In this document: positions 45,594 through 55,780 of the stretch, piece by piece
Layout of the letters: every line of letters begins with the position of its first letter
Numbering within the stretch: the stretch's first letter is position 1
From: an uncultured Planctomycetales bacterium
Lineage (GTDB): Bacteria; Omnitrophota; Gorgyraeia; Zapsychrales; GWA2-47-8
DNA length: 57,881 nucleotides
Direction: 5' to 3'
NCBI GenBank assembly: GCA_964499685.1
Contig: CAZCLW010000008.1
Span: forward strand, 3,784-61,664
Made by a program: the position numbers and the translations under genes
Notes under the pieces: model-generated
Told to the model about the DNA's origin: nothing
What the model saw: the letters and a program-made list of their open reading frames with translations, nothing else
The model's database searches: none

Positions 45594-46505
45594 TTAAAAA
45601 TGTGTGTAACCCCGCAGAAGCAACGGACGGACTTTGCCGTTTTGGCCAACGAGCCGCGCCCCTTTTCCGGGGACAATTTTACCGATAGGATAAAAAGGAA
45701 ACCGCGATCCCCTTGTCCGTGCGCGCCGAACATCCGACGGCGAAAGCGTAAAAAGCAACTCAAAGTCCTCGCCATCATAGAGGGCGTTGCTGAGCGTTGT
45801 TCCCTTATTCCGAGGAATAAGCTCTTCAAAAAGGACAGCGCCCACCCGGCTTTCTTCCAAAATGTGCCCCAGGTCGGCCGTCAATCCGTCGGAGATATCG
45901 ATCATCGCGGTCGGCTTGAACCGTTTGACCAGAAGCTGCGCTTCGGCCACTCTAGGCACAAATGACAGATGCTTGCCTGTTGCCAAAGAACGGCCCAGCG
46001 CGCCGCTGACAAAAATAGTGTCACCTGGCCGGGCACCGGAACGCAGAACATATTCGTTTTTCTTAACCAGTCCTAACAATGCGATATTGACGGACACCTT
46101 ATTCGCCCTGACCGTGTCCCCGCCTACGATCGAAACAGAAAATTTCTTTCCAACTTTTTCTATTCCTTTGTACAGCGCCCGGACGTAACTTATCTTTGTT
46201 TTGGCCGGGAGCGCAAGCGAAACGACCGCGTACGTCGGCTTACCACCCATCGCCGCAATGTCGCTGATGTTGCAGCCTAATGCTTTGTAACCCACGCCCA
46301 ATGGGTCCTCAGAAGGAAAAAAATGCACGCCTTCCGCGATCAGGTCCGTCGTGAACAAAAGATAATGTTGCCGGTCGTACGGCAAGACCGCGGTGTCGTC
46401 ACCGATGCCGACAATCACTTTGTTATACCGGTGAAGCTGCCGTCGGAGCAATCCGATGAGGCCGAATTCGCCCGCATCACTTACGTTTTTGGCTCTTTTT
46501 TCCAT
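45594..46505 (-). CDS. thiL: Thiamine-monophosphate kinase
   Basis: GEFGLIGLL, IGDDTAVL, DLIAEGVHF, GGDT and DISDGL. The start is uncertain. The ORF extends to 46559 and overlaps mtnA, so I used the internal Met at 46505. Confidence 0.85.
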   Translation of the reverse strand: MEKRAKNVSDAGEFGLIGLLRRQLHRYNKVIVGIGDDTAVLPYDRQHYLLFTTDLIAEGVHFFPSEDPLGVGYKALGCNISDIAAMGGKPTYAVVSLALPAKTKISYVRALYKGIEKVGKKFSVSIVGGDTVRANKVSVNIALLGLVKKNEYVLRSGARPGDTIFVSGALGRSLATGKHLSFVPRVAEAQLLVKRFKPTAMIDISDGLTADLGHILEESRVGAVLFEELIPRNKGTTLSNALYDGEDFELLFTLSPSDVRRARTRGSRFPFYPIGKIVPGKGARLVGQNGKVRPLLLRGYTHF

Positions 46506-47544
46506 GGTCAACAAGGGTGCGCTTGATGTTCGGCGCAAAAGGCGGATAAATGATCCCATGCTCGGTGATGATGGCCGTGATCAGGGAATGATGAGTGACA
46601 TCAAAAGCGGGATTGTAAACCTTCACTTTGGAGGGGGCCGTCGATAAGCTGGCAAAATTCTTCACTTCCTCGGCAGAGCGCTCTTCGATAGGGATTTCTT
46701 TTCCGCTTCGGATATTAAGGTCAAAGGTCGAACGCGGGGCCACAATGTAGAACGGGATACCATGATGCTTGGCCAAGACCGCCAGGCTGTAAGTGCCGAT
46801 CTTATTGGCGGTATCCCCGTTGGCGGCGATGCGGTCCGCGCCGGTAAAGATGGCATCGACTTTTCCCTGCCGCATGACGGTCGCGGCCATGTTGTCGCAG
46901 ATCAGTGTCGTATCGATCCCTTCGCGCAAAAGTTCCCACGTGGTCAGCCGCGCGCCCTGAAGGAGCGGCCGCGTTTCACAGGCAAAGACCTTGAATTTCT
47001 TTCCTTGCTTCTTCGCGCTGTACATAACACCCAGCGCCGTGCCGTAATCGACGGTGGCCAAAGCGCCGGCGTTACAGACGGTCATGATCTGCTGCCTGGA
47101 CTTGATGAGTTTGGCGCCGAAATCACCCATCAGGCGGCAGACACGCCGGTCTTCGTTATAAATCGCATCAGCCTCTTCTTTAAGCGATTTCTTAAGTTCA
47201 GGAACGGAAGAGTGACGATGGGCTTCCACGACTTCTTTCATCCGGTCTAAAGCGTTGAAAAGATTGACCGCGGTGGGGCGTGAACTGCCGATGTATTTTG
47301 AAACCCGCTCAAATTGCTGCAGGAAACGGCGCTTGTCTTTGCCGGTAAAATCTTTTAACCCCAGAACAACACCGTAAGCGGCAGCCACCCCGATCGCCGG
47401 TGCCCCGCGCACTGCCAGGGTCTTGATCGCATGCCACATGGTCTTGACGTCGCGGCAGTAAATGTATTCGAGCTTGTTGGGAAGCTTACGCTGGTCGATG
47501 ATCCGCGCGCAGCCGTCAGTCCATTTTATCGTCGAGATAGCCAT
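46477..47544 (-). CDS. mtnA: S-methyl-5-thioribose-1-phosphate isomerase (eIF-2B alpha/beta/delta family)
   Basis: IIDQRKLP, LAVRGAPAIGVAAAYG, TRPLLQGARLT, GADRIAANGDTANKIGTY. Confidence 0.85.
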   Translation of the reverse strand: MAISTIKWTDGCARIIDQRKLPNKLEYIYCRDVKTMWHAIKTLAVRGAPAIGVAAAYGVVLGLKDFTGKDKRRFLQQFERVSKYIGSSRPTAVNLFNALDRMKEVVEAHRHSSVPELKKSLKEEADAIYNEDRRVCRLMGDFGAKLIKSRQQIMTVCNAGALATVDYGTALGVMYSAKKQGKKFKVFACETRPLLQGARLTTWELLREGIDTTLICDNMAATVMRQGKVDAIFTGADRIAANGDTANKIGTYSLAVLAKHHGIPFYIVAPRSTFDLNIRSGKEIPIEERSAEEVKNFASLSTAPSKVKVYNPAFDVTHHSLITAIITEHGIIYPPFAPNIKRTLVDHGKKSQKRK

Positions 47545-49070
47545 TATTTTTTCTCCCTGCCTGCCGGCGAGGCAGGCACTTCGATACGAGGAAATAAAGC
47601 TTCATGCGCTTTCAATTTCGTCCCGGCCCTTAACTTTCCCCACTCCGGCCTGGTCCCTTGTGCGCCCAGGATCTCTAGTACTATGGCTGTTTTCTCCGGC
47701 ATGACCGGCGATAGCAATACCGCGCTAATGCGCAATCCTTCTGTTGCTGTATAAAGAATATTCCCGGCAGCCGCTAAATTCTCTTTTGCCACTTTCCAGG
47801 GAGCCTGTGTTTCGATATATTTATTGACCGCACGCACCAAAACGATGATCTCTTCAATGGCTTCCTGTACCTTAAACGCGTTGATCAAGGCCCGGACCTT
47901 GGTCGGAAGCGCCTGGGCCTGTTTTTCAATTTCCTGCGCGGCCGCATCGGGCCCTTTAAGGGCCGGTACAATCCCTTCAAAATTCTTGGAGATAAGTCCA
48001 CTTACGCGATTGAGCAGATTGCCGAAATCATTCGCCAGATCGCTGTTATACCGCTTGATAAAATTCTCGATCGTGAAATTGGCATCATCGCCCAGGATCA
48101 TCTCCCGCATCAGATAATAACGCACCGCATCCACGCCGTATTGATCAACCAAGTCCAGTGGATTGACCACATTCCCTAGCGATTTGCTCATCTTGGTCTC
48201 GCCGATCAGCCACCAGCCGTGAGCGAATATGCTCTTAGGCAGCGGAACGCCCATGGCCATAAGCATGGTCGACCAATAGACGGAATGTGTGGTCAGGATA
48301 TCTTTCCCGATCAGATGCACGTCCGCCGGCCACCATTTATTGAATCTTTTATCGTCGGAAAGATAACCCGGCACGCTGACATAGTTGATCAGCGCGTCAA
48401 ACCAGACATAGGTGACATAATCCTTATCGAACGGTATCTCGATCCCCCAGCTTAAGCGCGCCTTGGGCCGCGAAATGCACAGATCCGAAAGCGGCTGTTT
48501 TAAAAACCCCAGTATCTCGTTACGCCGGTGGGCCGGGCGGATATAATCAGGGTTCTTCTCGATGTATTCGATGAGCTTCTGCTGATACTTGCCCATCTTA
48601 AAGAAATAATTCTTCTCTTTGAGCCGTTTGACGTCGCGGAACTGACCCGATTCTTTTTCGGTCTCGGTGATAAAGCGTTCTTCCGCGACCGAATACCAGC
48701 CTTCATACTCGTCGGGATAGATCTCACCGGCCTCATACAATTTCTGCAAGACCGCCTGGACGATCTTTTTGTGCCGCTCCTGGGTCGTGCGGATAAAATC
48801 GTCGTTGCTGATATTGAGTTTTTTCCATAATTCCACAAAGCGCGGGGCAAATTCATCGCAGTGGGTCTGGGGGGAAACGCCGTGTTTTTCCGCCGCCTGT
48901 TGGACCTTCTGGCCGTGTTCATCGACACCGGTCAGAAAAAAAACATCGTCGCCCGCCACCCGGTGGTAACGTGCCAGCACGTCCGCCAGGATGGTCGTAT
49001 AGGCATGGCCGATATGCGGTTTATCATTGACGTAATAGATGGGTGTCGTGACGTAGAATTTGTTCGGCAT
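47544..49070 (-). CDS. metG: Methionine--tRNA ligase (short form)
   Basis: TTPIYYVNDKPHIGHAYT (HIGH) and KMSKSLGN (KMSKS). At 508 aa it has no C-terminal tRNA-binding extension. Confidence 0.93.
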   Translation of the reverse strand: MPNKFYVTTPIYYVNDKPHIGHAYTTILADVLARYHRVAGDDVFFLTGVDEHGQKVQQAAEKHGVSPQTHCDEFAPRFVELWKKLNISNDDFIRTTQERHKKIVQAVLQKLYEAGEIYPDEYEGWYSVAEERFITETEKESGQFRDVKRLKEKNYFFKMGKYQQKLIEYIEKNPDYIRPAHRRNEILGFLKQPLSDLCISRPKARLSWGIEIPFDKDYVTYVWFDALINYVSVPGYLSDDKRFNKWWPADVHLIGKDILTTHSVYWSTMLMAMGVPLPKSIFAHGWWLIGETKMSKSLGNVVNPLDLVDQYGVDAVRYYLMREMILGDDANFTIENFIKRYNSDLANDFGNLLNRVSGLISKNFEGIVPALKGPDAAAQEIEKQAQALPTKVRALINAFKVQEAIEEIIVLVRAVNKYIETQAPWKVAKENLAAAGNILYTATEGLRISAVLLSPVMPEKTAIVLEILGAQGTRPEWGKLRAGTKLKAHEALFPRIEVPASPAGREKK

Positions 49071-49081
49071 GACCTGAGGGC

Positions 49082-49879
49082 TTAATTTTCGTGGCCTTGG
49101 GCAAAGACAAGCTTGACGATCTTCCCTTCGCCCACATCGACGTTGACGATGCGTTTGAGGATATTGACGTCCACCACCCGCCCTTTGCCGTCGGGAGTAT
49201 TGATCTTATCGCCGATATGCGGCAACGTCTTGGCAAATTCCTTGTACACGGTGAACTCATAGGCCATGCAGCATTTGATGCGGCCGCATACGCCCGAGAT
49301 CCGGGAAGGATTAAGGGGCAGATTCTGTTCCTTGGCCATTTTGATGGAGAGCTGATGGAAACCTTTCATGTACGATGAGCAGCAGAGTTCCCGGCCGCAG
49401 ACCCCATAACCGCCGATGATCTTGGCCTTGTCACGCACACCGATCTGCTTGAGCTCGATGCGTACGCGGAAGACCTTGGCCAGGTCTTTGACCAGGCCTC
49501 TAAAATCGATCCGGCCTTCGGCCGTAAAGAAGAAGATGATCTTGCTGCTGTCGAACGAATATTCGGCCTTGACGATCTGCATGTCCAGCTTGCGGTCCGT
49601 GATTTTCTGCGCGCAGAGGTTGAGGGCGTCCTCGGCCTTCATGCGGTTATTGGCGATCTGCTTAAGATCCCCTTCGGTTGCCTGCCGCAGGACTTTGCCT
49701 TCTAGGTTCTCCATTTTTCCTTCGCAGGCCTTGGACACGTCGGAGACCACGCGTCCGAACTCGGAGCCGCGCTCGACTTCCAAAATGATATGATCGTCCC
49801 GGTTACAGACGATGTCGTTTAAATCCGCCTTGATCACGGGACGGTAATCCCCTAACTTCACTTCAACGATCTTACCCAT
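49082..49879 (-). CDS. PSP1-domain protein (RicT/YaaT-like)
   Basis: GGYGVCGRELCCSSYM and ISGVCGRIKCCMAYE, typical of the PSP1 C-terminal domain. It sits in the conserved tmk-holB-yaaT order. Confidence 0.8.
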   Translation of the reverse strand: MGKIVEVKLGDYRPVIKADLNDIVCNRDDHIILEVERGSEFGRVVSDVSKACEGKMENLEGKVLRQATEGDLKQIANNRMKAEDALNLCAQKITDRKLDMQIVKAEYSFDSSKIIFFFTAEGRIDFRGLVKDLAKVFRVRIELKQIGVRDKAKIIGGYGVCGRELCCSSYMKGFHQLSIKMAKEQNLPLNPSRISGVCGRIKCCMAYEFTVYKEFAKTLPHIGDKINTPDGKGRVVDVNILKRIVNVDVGEGKIVKLVFAQGHEN

Positions 49880-50820
49880 ATTTTCTCCTTGAGCAGCAAC
49901 AACGCGATCTTCACGTTCAGATTATCGTTGAACAACTGTATGGTCTTGACGATCTGGTCGATGATCGCGTTGACTTCTTCGTTAGTAAAATGCGAAACCG
50001 TTTTGTTAAGGTCCTTGATCCGGTCCGCATGGATGGCGCTTTCGGCGCCCGAGCCCTGCTGCAGCAGCAGGCTGTCCCTGAACCAGCTCCACAGAACGAA
50101 CAACGCCTCGCGGGTCTGCTCTTTGTCGCTTAATATCTTTTTAAGATACGGATCACTCGGCGGCGCAAAGACCATCTGATCGATGATCTCATTTTTGCGC
50201 TTCAGGAATCCCTTCTCCTGCAGCTCGCGCGCCTGACCCCAGCATCCCTGGGCGTACGCGCTTAAAAACAAGGCATCTTCGTTTGTTATATGATAGTCCT
50301 TTTGGAGATAATTCGCAAGCTTTGCCCGGCCCGCCGGGAAGAAATAGACCGGCTGGCAGCGGGAACGGATCGTACCGAGATTCTTCTCCGGGACCGAGGT
50401 GGTGAGGATAAGCAGGCTGGTCGCCGAAGGCTCTTCCAAAGTTTTCAGCAGCGCGTTGGCCGCCTCCAGAGTGAGCGTTTCCGCGTTACGGATAATAAAG
50501 ACCTTGTACCGGGCCTCAAAAGGGCGTAGTTGGACTTGGGCGATCAAGTCTCTTATTTCTTCGATCTTGATGGTCTCGCCCAGGCCACAGGAAAGGACCT
50601 TGACGTCCGGATGGCTGCCGCTTTCAATTCTCCGGCAGGAAATGCACTCACAGGGGAGCGTCCCGCTTTCGCAGTTGACCGTCTTGGCGATTTCCCGGGC
50701 GGTCTCGAATTTCCCTACTCCGGAAGGGCCAATGAACATGTAGGCATGGGCCAGCCGCTTTTGCTTTAACCGCGCGGCAAAGCGGTCCAAGATCTCCTTA
50801 TGAACGGTGATGACGGACAT
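49858..50820 (-). CDS. holB: DNA polymerase III delta-prime subunit
   Basis: HAYMFIGPSGVGKFETA (degenerate P-loop), a Zn module CESGTLPCECISC, LEEP and SRCQ. Confidence 0.85.
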   Translation of the reverse strand: MSVITVHKEILDRFAARLKQKRLAHAYMFIGPSGVGKFETAREIAKTVNCESGTLPCECISCRRIESGSHPDVKVLSCGLGETIKIEEIRDLIAQVQLRPFEARYKVFIIRNAETLTLEAANALLKTLEEPSATSLLILTTSVPEKNLGTIRSRCQPVYFFPAGRAKLANYLQKDYHITNEDALFLSAYAQGCWGQARELQEKGFLKRKNEIIDQMVFAPPSDPYLKKILSDKEQTREALFVLWSWFRDSLLLQQGSGAESAIHADRIKDLNKTVSHFTNEEVNAIIDQIVKTIQLFNDNLNVKIALLLLKEKIWVRSLK

Positions 50821-50821
50821 T

Positions 50822-51448
50822 TTATTTTATCTTTAACAATTTATCGATGGAGCGGCGCACAACCGCGAAGATCTCTTCTTTGGTGCGGTCCACTTTTATG
50901 ACCTGGATCCGGCGCGGTTCTTTTTGGGCTAAGGTCAGATAACCTCGACGGACGCGGTTATGGTACGCAACCGAACGCAATTCAATGCGGTCTTTGATCT
51001 TCCCTTTGCGCGAGAGCCCCTTTTTGACCTCAATATCGAACAAGAATGTTTGATCGGGACTGATCCCGTGCGTGACGAAGCGGCCCAGTTCTTTGATGAA
51101 CCGGATATCCACGCCATAGCCATAACCCTGATAAACGACCGTTGAGTCCAGAAAACGGTCGCAGAGAACAATCTTTCCTTTATCCAAGGCCGGTTTGATG
51201 ACTTCTTCGACGAGTTGGGCGCGCGCGGCCATGTACAGCAGCGTCTCACATTCTTTATTCATGGCCTTATTTTTCACGTCCAAAAGAATATGGCGCACCG
51301 CCTGACTGATCTTCACCCCGCCCGGCTCAAACACGAACAAGACCGGTTTCTTCTTGCGCCGAAGATATTGATAGACCATCTTGGCCTGCGTGCTTTTACC
51401 GGAGCCTTCCGCGCCTTCGAACGTGATGAATTTGCCCTTCATAGCCAT
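50822..51448 (-). CDS. tmk: Thymidylate kinase
   Basis: ITFEGAEGSGKSTQ, CDRFLDSTVVYQG. Confidence 0.92.
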   Translation of the reverse strand: MAMKGKFITFEGAEGSGKSTQAKMVYQYLRRKKKPVLFVFEPGGVKISQAVRHILLDVKNKAMNKECETLLYMAARAQLVEEVIKPALDKGKIVLCDRFLDSTVVYQGYGYGVDIRFIKELGRFVTHGISPDQTFLFDIEVKKGLSRKGKIKDRIELRSVAYHNRVRRGYLTLAQKEPRRIQVIKVDRTKEEIFAVVRRSIDKLLKIK

Positions 51449-52845
51449 CTCCAGGTCTGGCCCTGTTTTCCGTCCTCGACGGCAATACCCTGTTTTTTGA
51501 GGATATCCCGCAATTCGTCGGAGCGTTTGAAATTCTTCTTGGCCCGCGCCTCGGCGCGCTCATCCAGGAATTTTTGCTGTTCGGCGGAAAGCTCTCTGTC
51601 CTTTTCCTGGCCGAACAGGCCGAAGACATCTTTCGCCAGCGTTTCCAGCTCATCCACCGCCGCATAAATGATACCTAAGTAATTCTTTTCTTTGGCCCCG
51701 CGGTCGATGAATTTATTGGTCGCATTGATGAGATCAAAAAGCGCGGCCAGCGCCGCGGGTGTGTTGAAATCATCGTCCATGGCCCGGATGAATTTTTCCT
51801 TATGGTCCTCAATAAAATCGACCTTGGCCTCCTTGACCGCGTTTTTATCCTTCAAAAGATCATAGGCTTTCCAGAACAGAATATCGAAACGCTGCAGGGC
51901 CTGATGCGCCTCTTCGATCTCGCCCAGACTGAAATCGATATTGCTGCGGTAATGCGACTGCAAGAAAAATATCTTGATATCATCGGCGGTGAAACCCTCC
52001 AGGGCTTTTTGAACGGTCACGAAATTCCCCAACGATTTGGCCATCTTCTGGCCGTTGACCGTGATGAGGCCGTGATGCAACCAGTATTTCGCAAAGGGTT
52101 TTTCGGTCAGGGCTTCCGACTGGGCGATCTCATTTTCATGGTGCGGAAAGACAAGGTCGCGGCCGCCGGCGTGGATGTCGAGCGTCTGGGTCTTCAGGTG
52201 CTTCATGCTCATGCAAGAGCATTCAATATGCCAGCCCGGCCGGCCGAAGCCCCACGGGCTTTCCCAGGACGGTTCGTTCTCTTTCGATCGCTTCCAGAGG
52301 GCGAAATCCAGGGCATCCTTTTTGTTCTCGTCCTTGTCGATCCGGACGGCCTCCAGCATCTGATCGACGCTTTGGCCGGACAGCTTTCCGTAATCTTTGA
52401 ACTTGCGCACATTAAAATACACGCTTCCGTCGACGACATAGGCATAATCCCGGTCGATGAGCCCCTGGATATGCTTGATCATATCGCCAATGTCTTCTGT
52501 CGCCTTCGGTTCCTTATCGGCCTTATTCACGCCCAGAGAGGCCATGTCGCGGTAGTAAGAGGCGATATTGCTCTCCGCCACCTCCCGGCTGGATTTTTTT
52601 TGCTCGCTGGCTTTATTGATGATCTTATCGTCGATGTCGGTGATGTTACGGACGAAATGCACGTCATAACCGCGGTACTTCAAATATCGCCGGATCACGT
52701 CAAAAATATAGAGGCTGCGGGCATGCCCGATGTGGCACTCATCATAGACCGTGACCCCGCAGGTGTACATGTTCACGGCTTTGCCTTTTAAGGGGACAAA
52801 TTCTTCCTTACGCTTGGTGAGGGTGTTGTAGAGAAAAATACCCAT
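51439..52845 (-). CDS. cysS: Cysteine--tRNA ligase
   Basis: CGVTVYDECHIGHARS (HIGH), GWHIECS, KMAKSLGN (KMSKS). Confidence 0.93.
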   Translation of the reverse strand: MGIFLYNTLTKRKEEFVPLKGKAVNMYTCGVTVYDECHIGHARSLYIFDVIRRYLKYRGYDVHFVRNITDIDDKIINKASEQKKSSREVAESNIASYYRDMASLGVNKADKEPKATEDIGDMIKHIQGLIDRDYAYVVDGSVYFNVRKFKDYGKLSGQSVDQMLEAVRIDKDENKKDALDFALWKRSKENEPSWESPWGFGRPGWHIECSCMSMKHLKTQTLDIHAGGRDLVFPHHENEIAQSEALTEKPFAKYWLHHGLITVNGQKMAKSLGNFVTVQKALEGFTADDIKIFFLQSHYRSNIDFSLGEIEEAHQALQRFDILFWKAYDLLKDKNAVKEAKVDFIEDHKEKFIRAMDDDFNTPAALAALFDLINATNKFIDRGAKEKNYLGIIYAAVDELETLAKDVFGLFGQEKDRELSAEQQKFLDERAEARAKKNFKRSDELRDILKKQGIAVEDGKQGQTWRWL

Positions 52846-52847
52846 GT

Positions 52848-53534
52848 TTAGGATTTCGGATTGTTGAGCTTATCTTCCAGGGTCTTGATCCGCTTGAGCA
52901 GCTCGATCATGTTCTGCATGATCGGATCGGAAACATGGACATGGTCCATGGTCGCATCGAGGCGCTGGCCGTCCTGACGGGTGATGCGTCCGGGGACACC
53001 GACGACGGTGGAATTGGGCGGGACATTCTTGATCACGACCGCGTTGGCGCCCACATAGGAGTTGGAACCGATTTCGATATTCCCCAGAATTTTGGCGCCG
53101 GTGCCGACGACCACATTATCTCTGAGCGTGGGATGGCGTTTTCCGGTCTCCTTGCCGGTCCCGCCGAGGGTCACGCCCTGGAACAGGGTGACGTTATTGC
53201 CGATAATGGTGGTCTCGCCGATGACGACCCCCATGCCGTGATCGATGAAAAGTCCCCGGCCGATCGCAGCGCCAGGATGGATCTCGACGCCGGTCAGAAA
53301 ACGCGCCAATTGCGAGATAAGCCGCGGAAAAAAGGGGATCTTGATCCGCCAGAGAAAATTAGACACACGATAGGCCATGATGGCATGGACGCCCGGATAA
53401 AGAAGTGCTACCTGCAGCACGCCGCGCGCAGCCGGATCGCGGTCCTGGGCCGCCTTGATCTCATCGAAAAAGAAAACAAAGGTCACGACCACAAAAAGGC
53501 CGATAGCGATAAGAAAACCGAAAAACACTTCCAT
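52848..53534 (-). CDS. cysE: Serine O-acetyltransferase
   Basis: Left-handed beta-helix hexapeptide repeats (GAAIGRGLFIDHGMGVVIGETTIIGNNVTLFQGVTLGG) and DRDPAARG near the N-terminus. Confidence 0.88.
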   Translation of the reverse strand: MEVFFGFLIAIGLFVVVTFVFFFDEIKAAQDRDPAARGVLQVALLYPGVHAIMAYRVSNFLWRIKIPFFPRLISQLARFLTGVEIHPGAAIGRGLFIDHGMGVVIGETTIIGNNVTLFQGVTLGGTGKETGKRHPTLRDNVVVGTGAKILGNIEIGSNSYVGANAVVIKNVPPNSTVVGVPGRITRQDGQRLDATMDHVHVSDPIMQNMIELLKRIKTLEDKLNNPKS

Positions 53535-53610
53535 AAGTTCTCCTGCTTTTGCTGAATTAAAGATTCCCTGAATGTCCTATTCTATAATTTTGACCGTCGG
53601 ATTTCCAGCT

Positions 53611-54087
53611 TCATTTTGCCAGGAGGGCAACGGCATAAGCCGCGATCCCCTCGCCTTTGCCGATGAAGCCCAAACCCTCCTGAGTGGTCGCCTTGACGTT
53701 GACCGTCCCCGCTTCCAGCCCCAAAACCGAAGCGATCTTGGCGCCCATGGGCTTTTTAAAATCCTTCAGCCGGGGCTCCTCCGCCAGGATGGCAACATCG
53801 ACATTTTCCACTCTATAACCATCCTTTTTGACCATCTGGTGGACCGTCTCCAACAGTTTCAGGCTGGAAATGTCCTTATACTTTTTATCCGTGTTGGGAA
53901 AATGCTCGCCGATATCACCTTTACCCAAGCCGCCCAAAAGCGCATCGCAGACTGCATGCAGCACAACATCCGCATCCGAATGACCATCCAACCCTTTGAA
54001 ATGAGGGATCTCCACTCCGCCCAAGACCAGCTTCCGGCCCTTGACCAGGCGGTGCACGTCATAACCGATTCCGACACGATACGGCAT
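53611..54087 (-). CDS. ispF: 2-C-methyl-D-erythritol 2,4-cyclodiphosphate synthase
   Basis: RVGIGYDVHRL, GHSDADVVLHA, GDIGEHFP, KATTQEGLGFIG. Confidence 0.93.
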   Translation of the reverse strand: MPYRVGIGYDVHRLVKGRKLVLGGVEIPHFKGLDGHSDADVVLHAVCDALLGGLGKGDIGEHFPNTDKKYKDISSLKLLETVHQMVKKDGYRVENVDVAILAEEPRLKDFKKPMGAKIASVLGLEAGTVNVKATTQEGLGFIGKGEGIAAYAVALLAK

Positions 54088-54089
54088 AT

Positions 54090-54779
54090 CTACTTTTTCT
54101 TTTTTCCCGAAGACAACAAGGCCTGGGCCATGATCAGGTCTTCAGGGGTTGTTATTTTTAAATTCCTGTAATCGCCCATGACGACGGAAACGGGAACACC
54201 CAGGGCTTCGACCATCACGGCATCGTCCGTTGCTGACCCTTGGGCCTCCCGATGGGCCTTTAGAAGTGTTTCTTTATGAAAAGCCTGGGGCGTTTGGACT
54301 TCCCAGACATTTTCCCGCTGGATCGTTTCCGCGACCTGCATTTTGCCGGGATCCACCTTTTTGATGGTGGGTTTGACCGGCACCGCAACAATGACGGCCT
54401 GATGCCGCTTGAGCTGTTCGACCACTTGAGCGAGGAGTTCGCCCGTTACCAACGGCCGCACGCCGTCGTGAACGACCACCGCTTCCGTGTCCTTATCCAG
54501 CACCTTAAGACCGTTAAACACCGAGTCCCGACGGGTCTTTCCGCCGGCAACAATGTGAGCTATCTTTTTCAGGCCCTGACGGGAAACCGTCTCTTTAAAA
54601 TCCTTTAAATGGGACGGCGGCACAACAACGACAATACTTTTTATCAAAGGGCTGGCCTCAAAAACTTCCAACGCATACAGGAATAAAGGTTTTCCGTTCA
54701 AAGAGACCAACGGCTTGGGCAGCGTGTTCTTGAACCTCTTGCCTTCGCCGGCCATGGGGATAACAGCCTGTATCTTCAT
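54090..54779 (-). CDS. ispD: 2-C-methyl-D-erythritol 4-phosphate cytidylyltransferase
   Basis: VIPMAGEGKRF, VVVHDGVRP, QTPQAF. It is directly upstream of ispF. Confidence 0.9.
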   Translation of the reverse strand: MKIQAVIPMAGEGKRFKNTLPKPLVSLNGKPLFLYALEVFEASPLIKSIVVVVPPSHLKDFKETVSRQGLKKIAHIVAGGKTRRDSVFNGLKVLDKDTEAVVVHDGVRPLVTGELLAQVVEQLKRHQAVIVAVPVKPTIKKVDPGKMQVAETIQRENVWEVQTPQAFHKETLLKAHREAQGSATDDAVMVEALGVPVSVVMGDYRNLKITTPEDLIMAQALLSSGKKKK

Positions 54780-54782
54780 AAG

Positions 54783-55760
54783 CTATCTTAATTTGGCAAA
54801 AACCATGCGCCCCGCCTGGGTCTGCAGCACGGAATTGACGACCACTTTCACTCTCTGGCCGATCATCTTCCTGGCCTCGCCGACAACGACCATGGTCCCA
54901 TCGTCGAGATACCCGACGGCCTGATGGTGTTCTTTCCCTTCTTTGACCAGCCGGATATCCAGCTCCTCGCCGGCGACAACGACGATCCTGAGGGCATTGG
55001 CCAGATCGCTGATATTGAAGGCCTCCAAACCCGCCAACCGGATCACCTGCGTTAAATTATGGTCGGTCGTGCAGATCTTGGCATCGAGCACCTTGGCCAG
55101 GCGGACCAGCTTCGTATCGACACCGGCGTCCCCCGAAGCCTCATCTTCCTGGATACGCACATCGACCTCCGGGTCCTTTTGCATGGCCTTTAATATCTCC
55201 AGGCCGCGGCGTCCCTTTTGCCGCTTGAGCTCTTCGCTTGAATCGGCAAGTCTTTGCAGTTCCGACAGGACAAAGCGCGGCACGATCAGCCGGCCTTCCA
55301 GCAATTTGGTCTTGTAAATATCCACGATACGCCCGTCGATAATAGCGCTAGTATCAAGCAAAATGACTTCTTCCCGGATGTCTTGGCGTTTGAAACGCAC
55401 ATACGGGATAATGACATTAAACTCGTCCTTCCCGCGCAGGGCCATGACCGCGCCCAGATAGGAAAATGTGATCGTGATGATGACCCGCGAAATGGCTTTT
55501 TCATATTCTTCCAGCGGCAGCAAAGAAAGGATATCCGAGATCAGCTTGGCCATGAACAGCCCCAGTAAGAGCCCAAAGACCATACTGGAAAGGCCGCGCA
55601 CCGAAACGCTGCGCAAATTCCTCTCGGCGATGATAAGAAGAAAACCGCAGAGAGCACCGATCACCGCGCCCAGGACGGCTTGCTGGGAAATGGAACCTAT
55701 ATAAAAACCCACGATCAAACTGATCGCCAAAAAGAAACCACGGACAAAAAGTAAAGTCAT
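54783..55760 (-). CDS. Membrane-anchored PIN/TRAM-domain protein (YacL-like)
   Basis: N-terminal TM helices, a PIN-like LLDTSAIIDGRI...TTDHNL, and a C-terminal TRAM-like beta domain (GQRVKVVVNSVLQT). Confidence 0.8.
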   Translation of the reverse strand: MTLLFVRGFFLAISLIVGFYIGSISQQAVLGAVIGALCGFLLIIAERNLRSVSVRGLSSMVFGLLLGLFMAKLISDILSLLPLEEYEKAISRVIITITFSYLGAVMALRGKDEFNVIIPYVRFKRQDIREEVILLDTSAIIDGRIVDIYKTKLLEGRLIVPRFVLSELQRLADSSEELKRQKGRRGLEILKAMQKDPEVDVRIQEDEASGDAGVDTKLVRLAKVLDAKICTTDHNLTQVIRLAGLEAFNISDLANALRIVVVAGEELDIRLVKEGKEHHQAVGYLDDGTMVVVGEARKMIGQRVKVVVNSVLQTQAGRMVFAKLR

Positions 55761-55780
55761 AGATGTGTTCTCCCAAAAAG

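Noticed and set aside
45593-45829. N-terminal 79-aa extension of the tsaE ORF
   Set aside because: The extension overlaps the 3' end of thiL and is Arg/Cys/Phe-rich with no TsaE similarity. The conserved protein begins at MDPFTV (45592).
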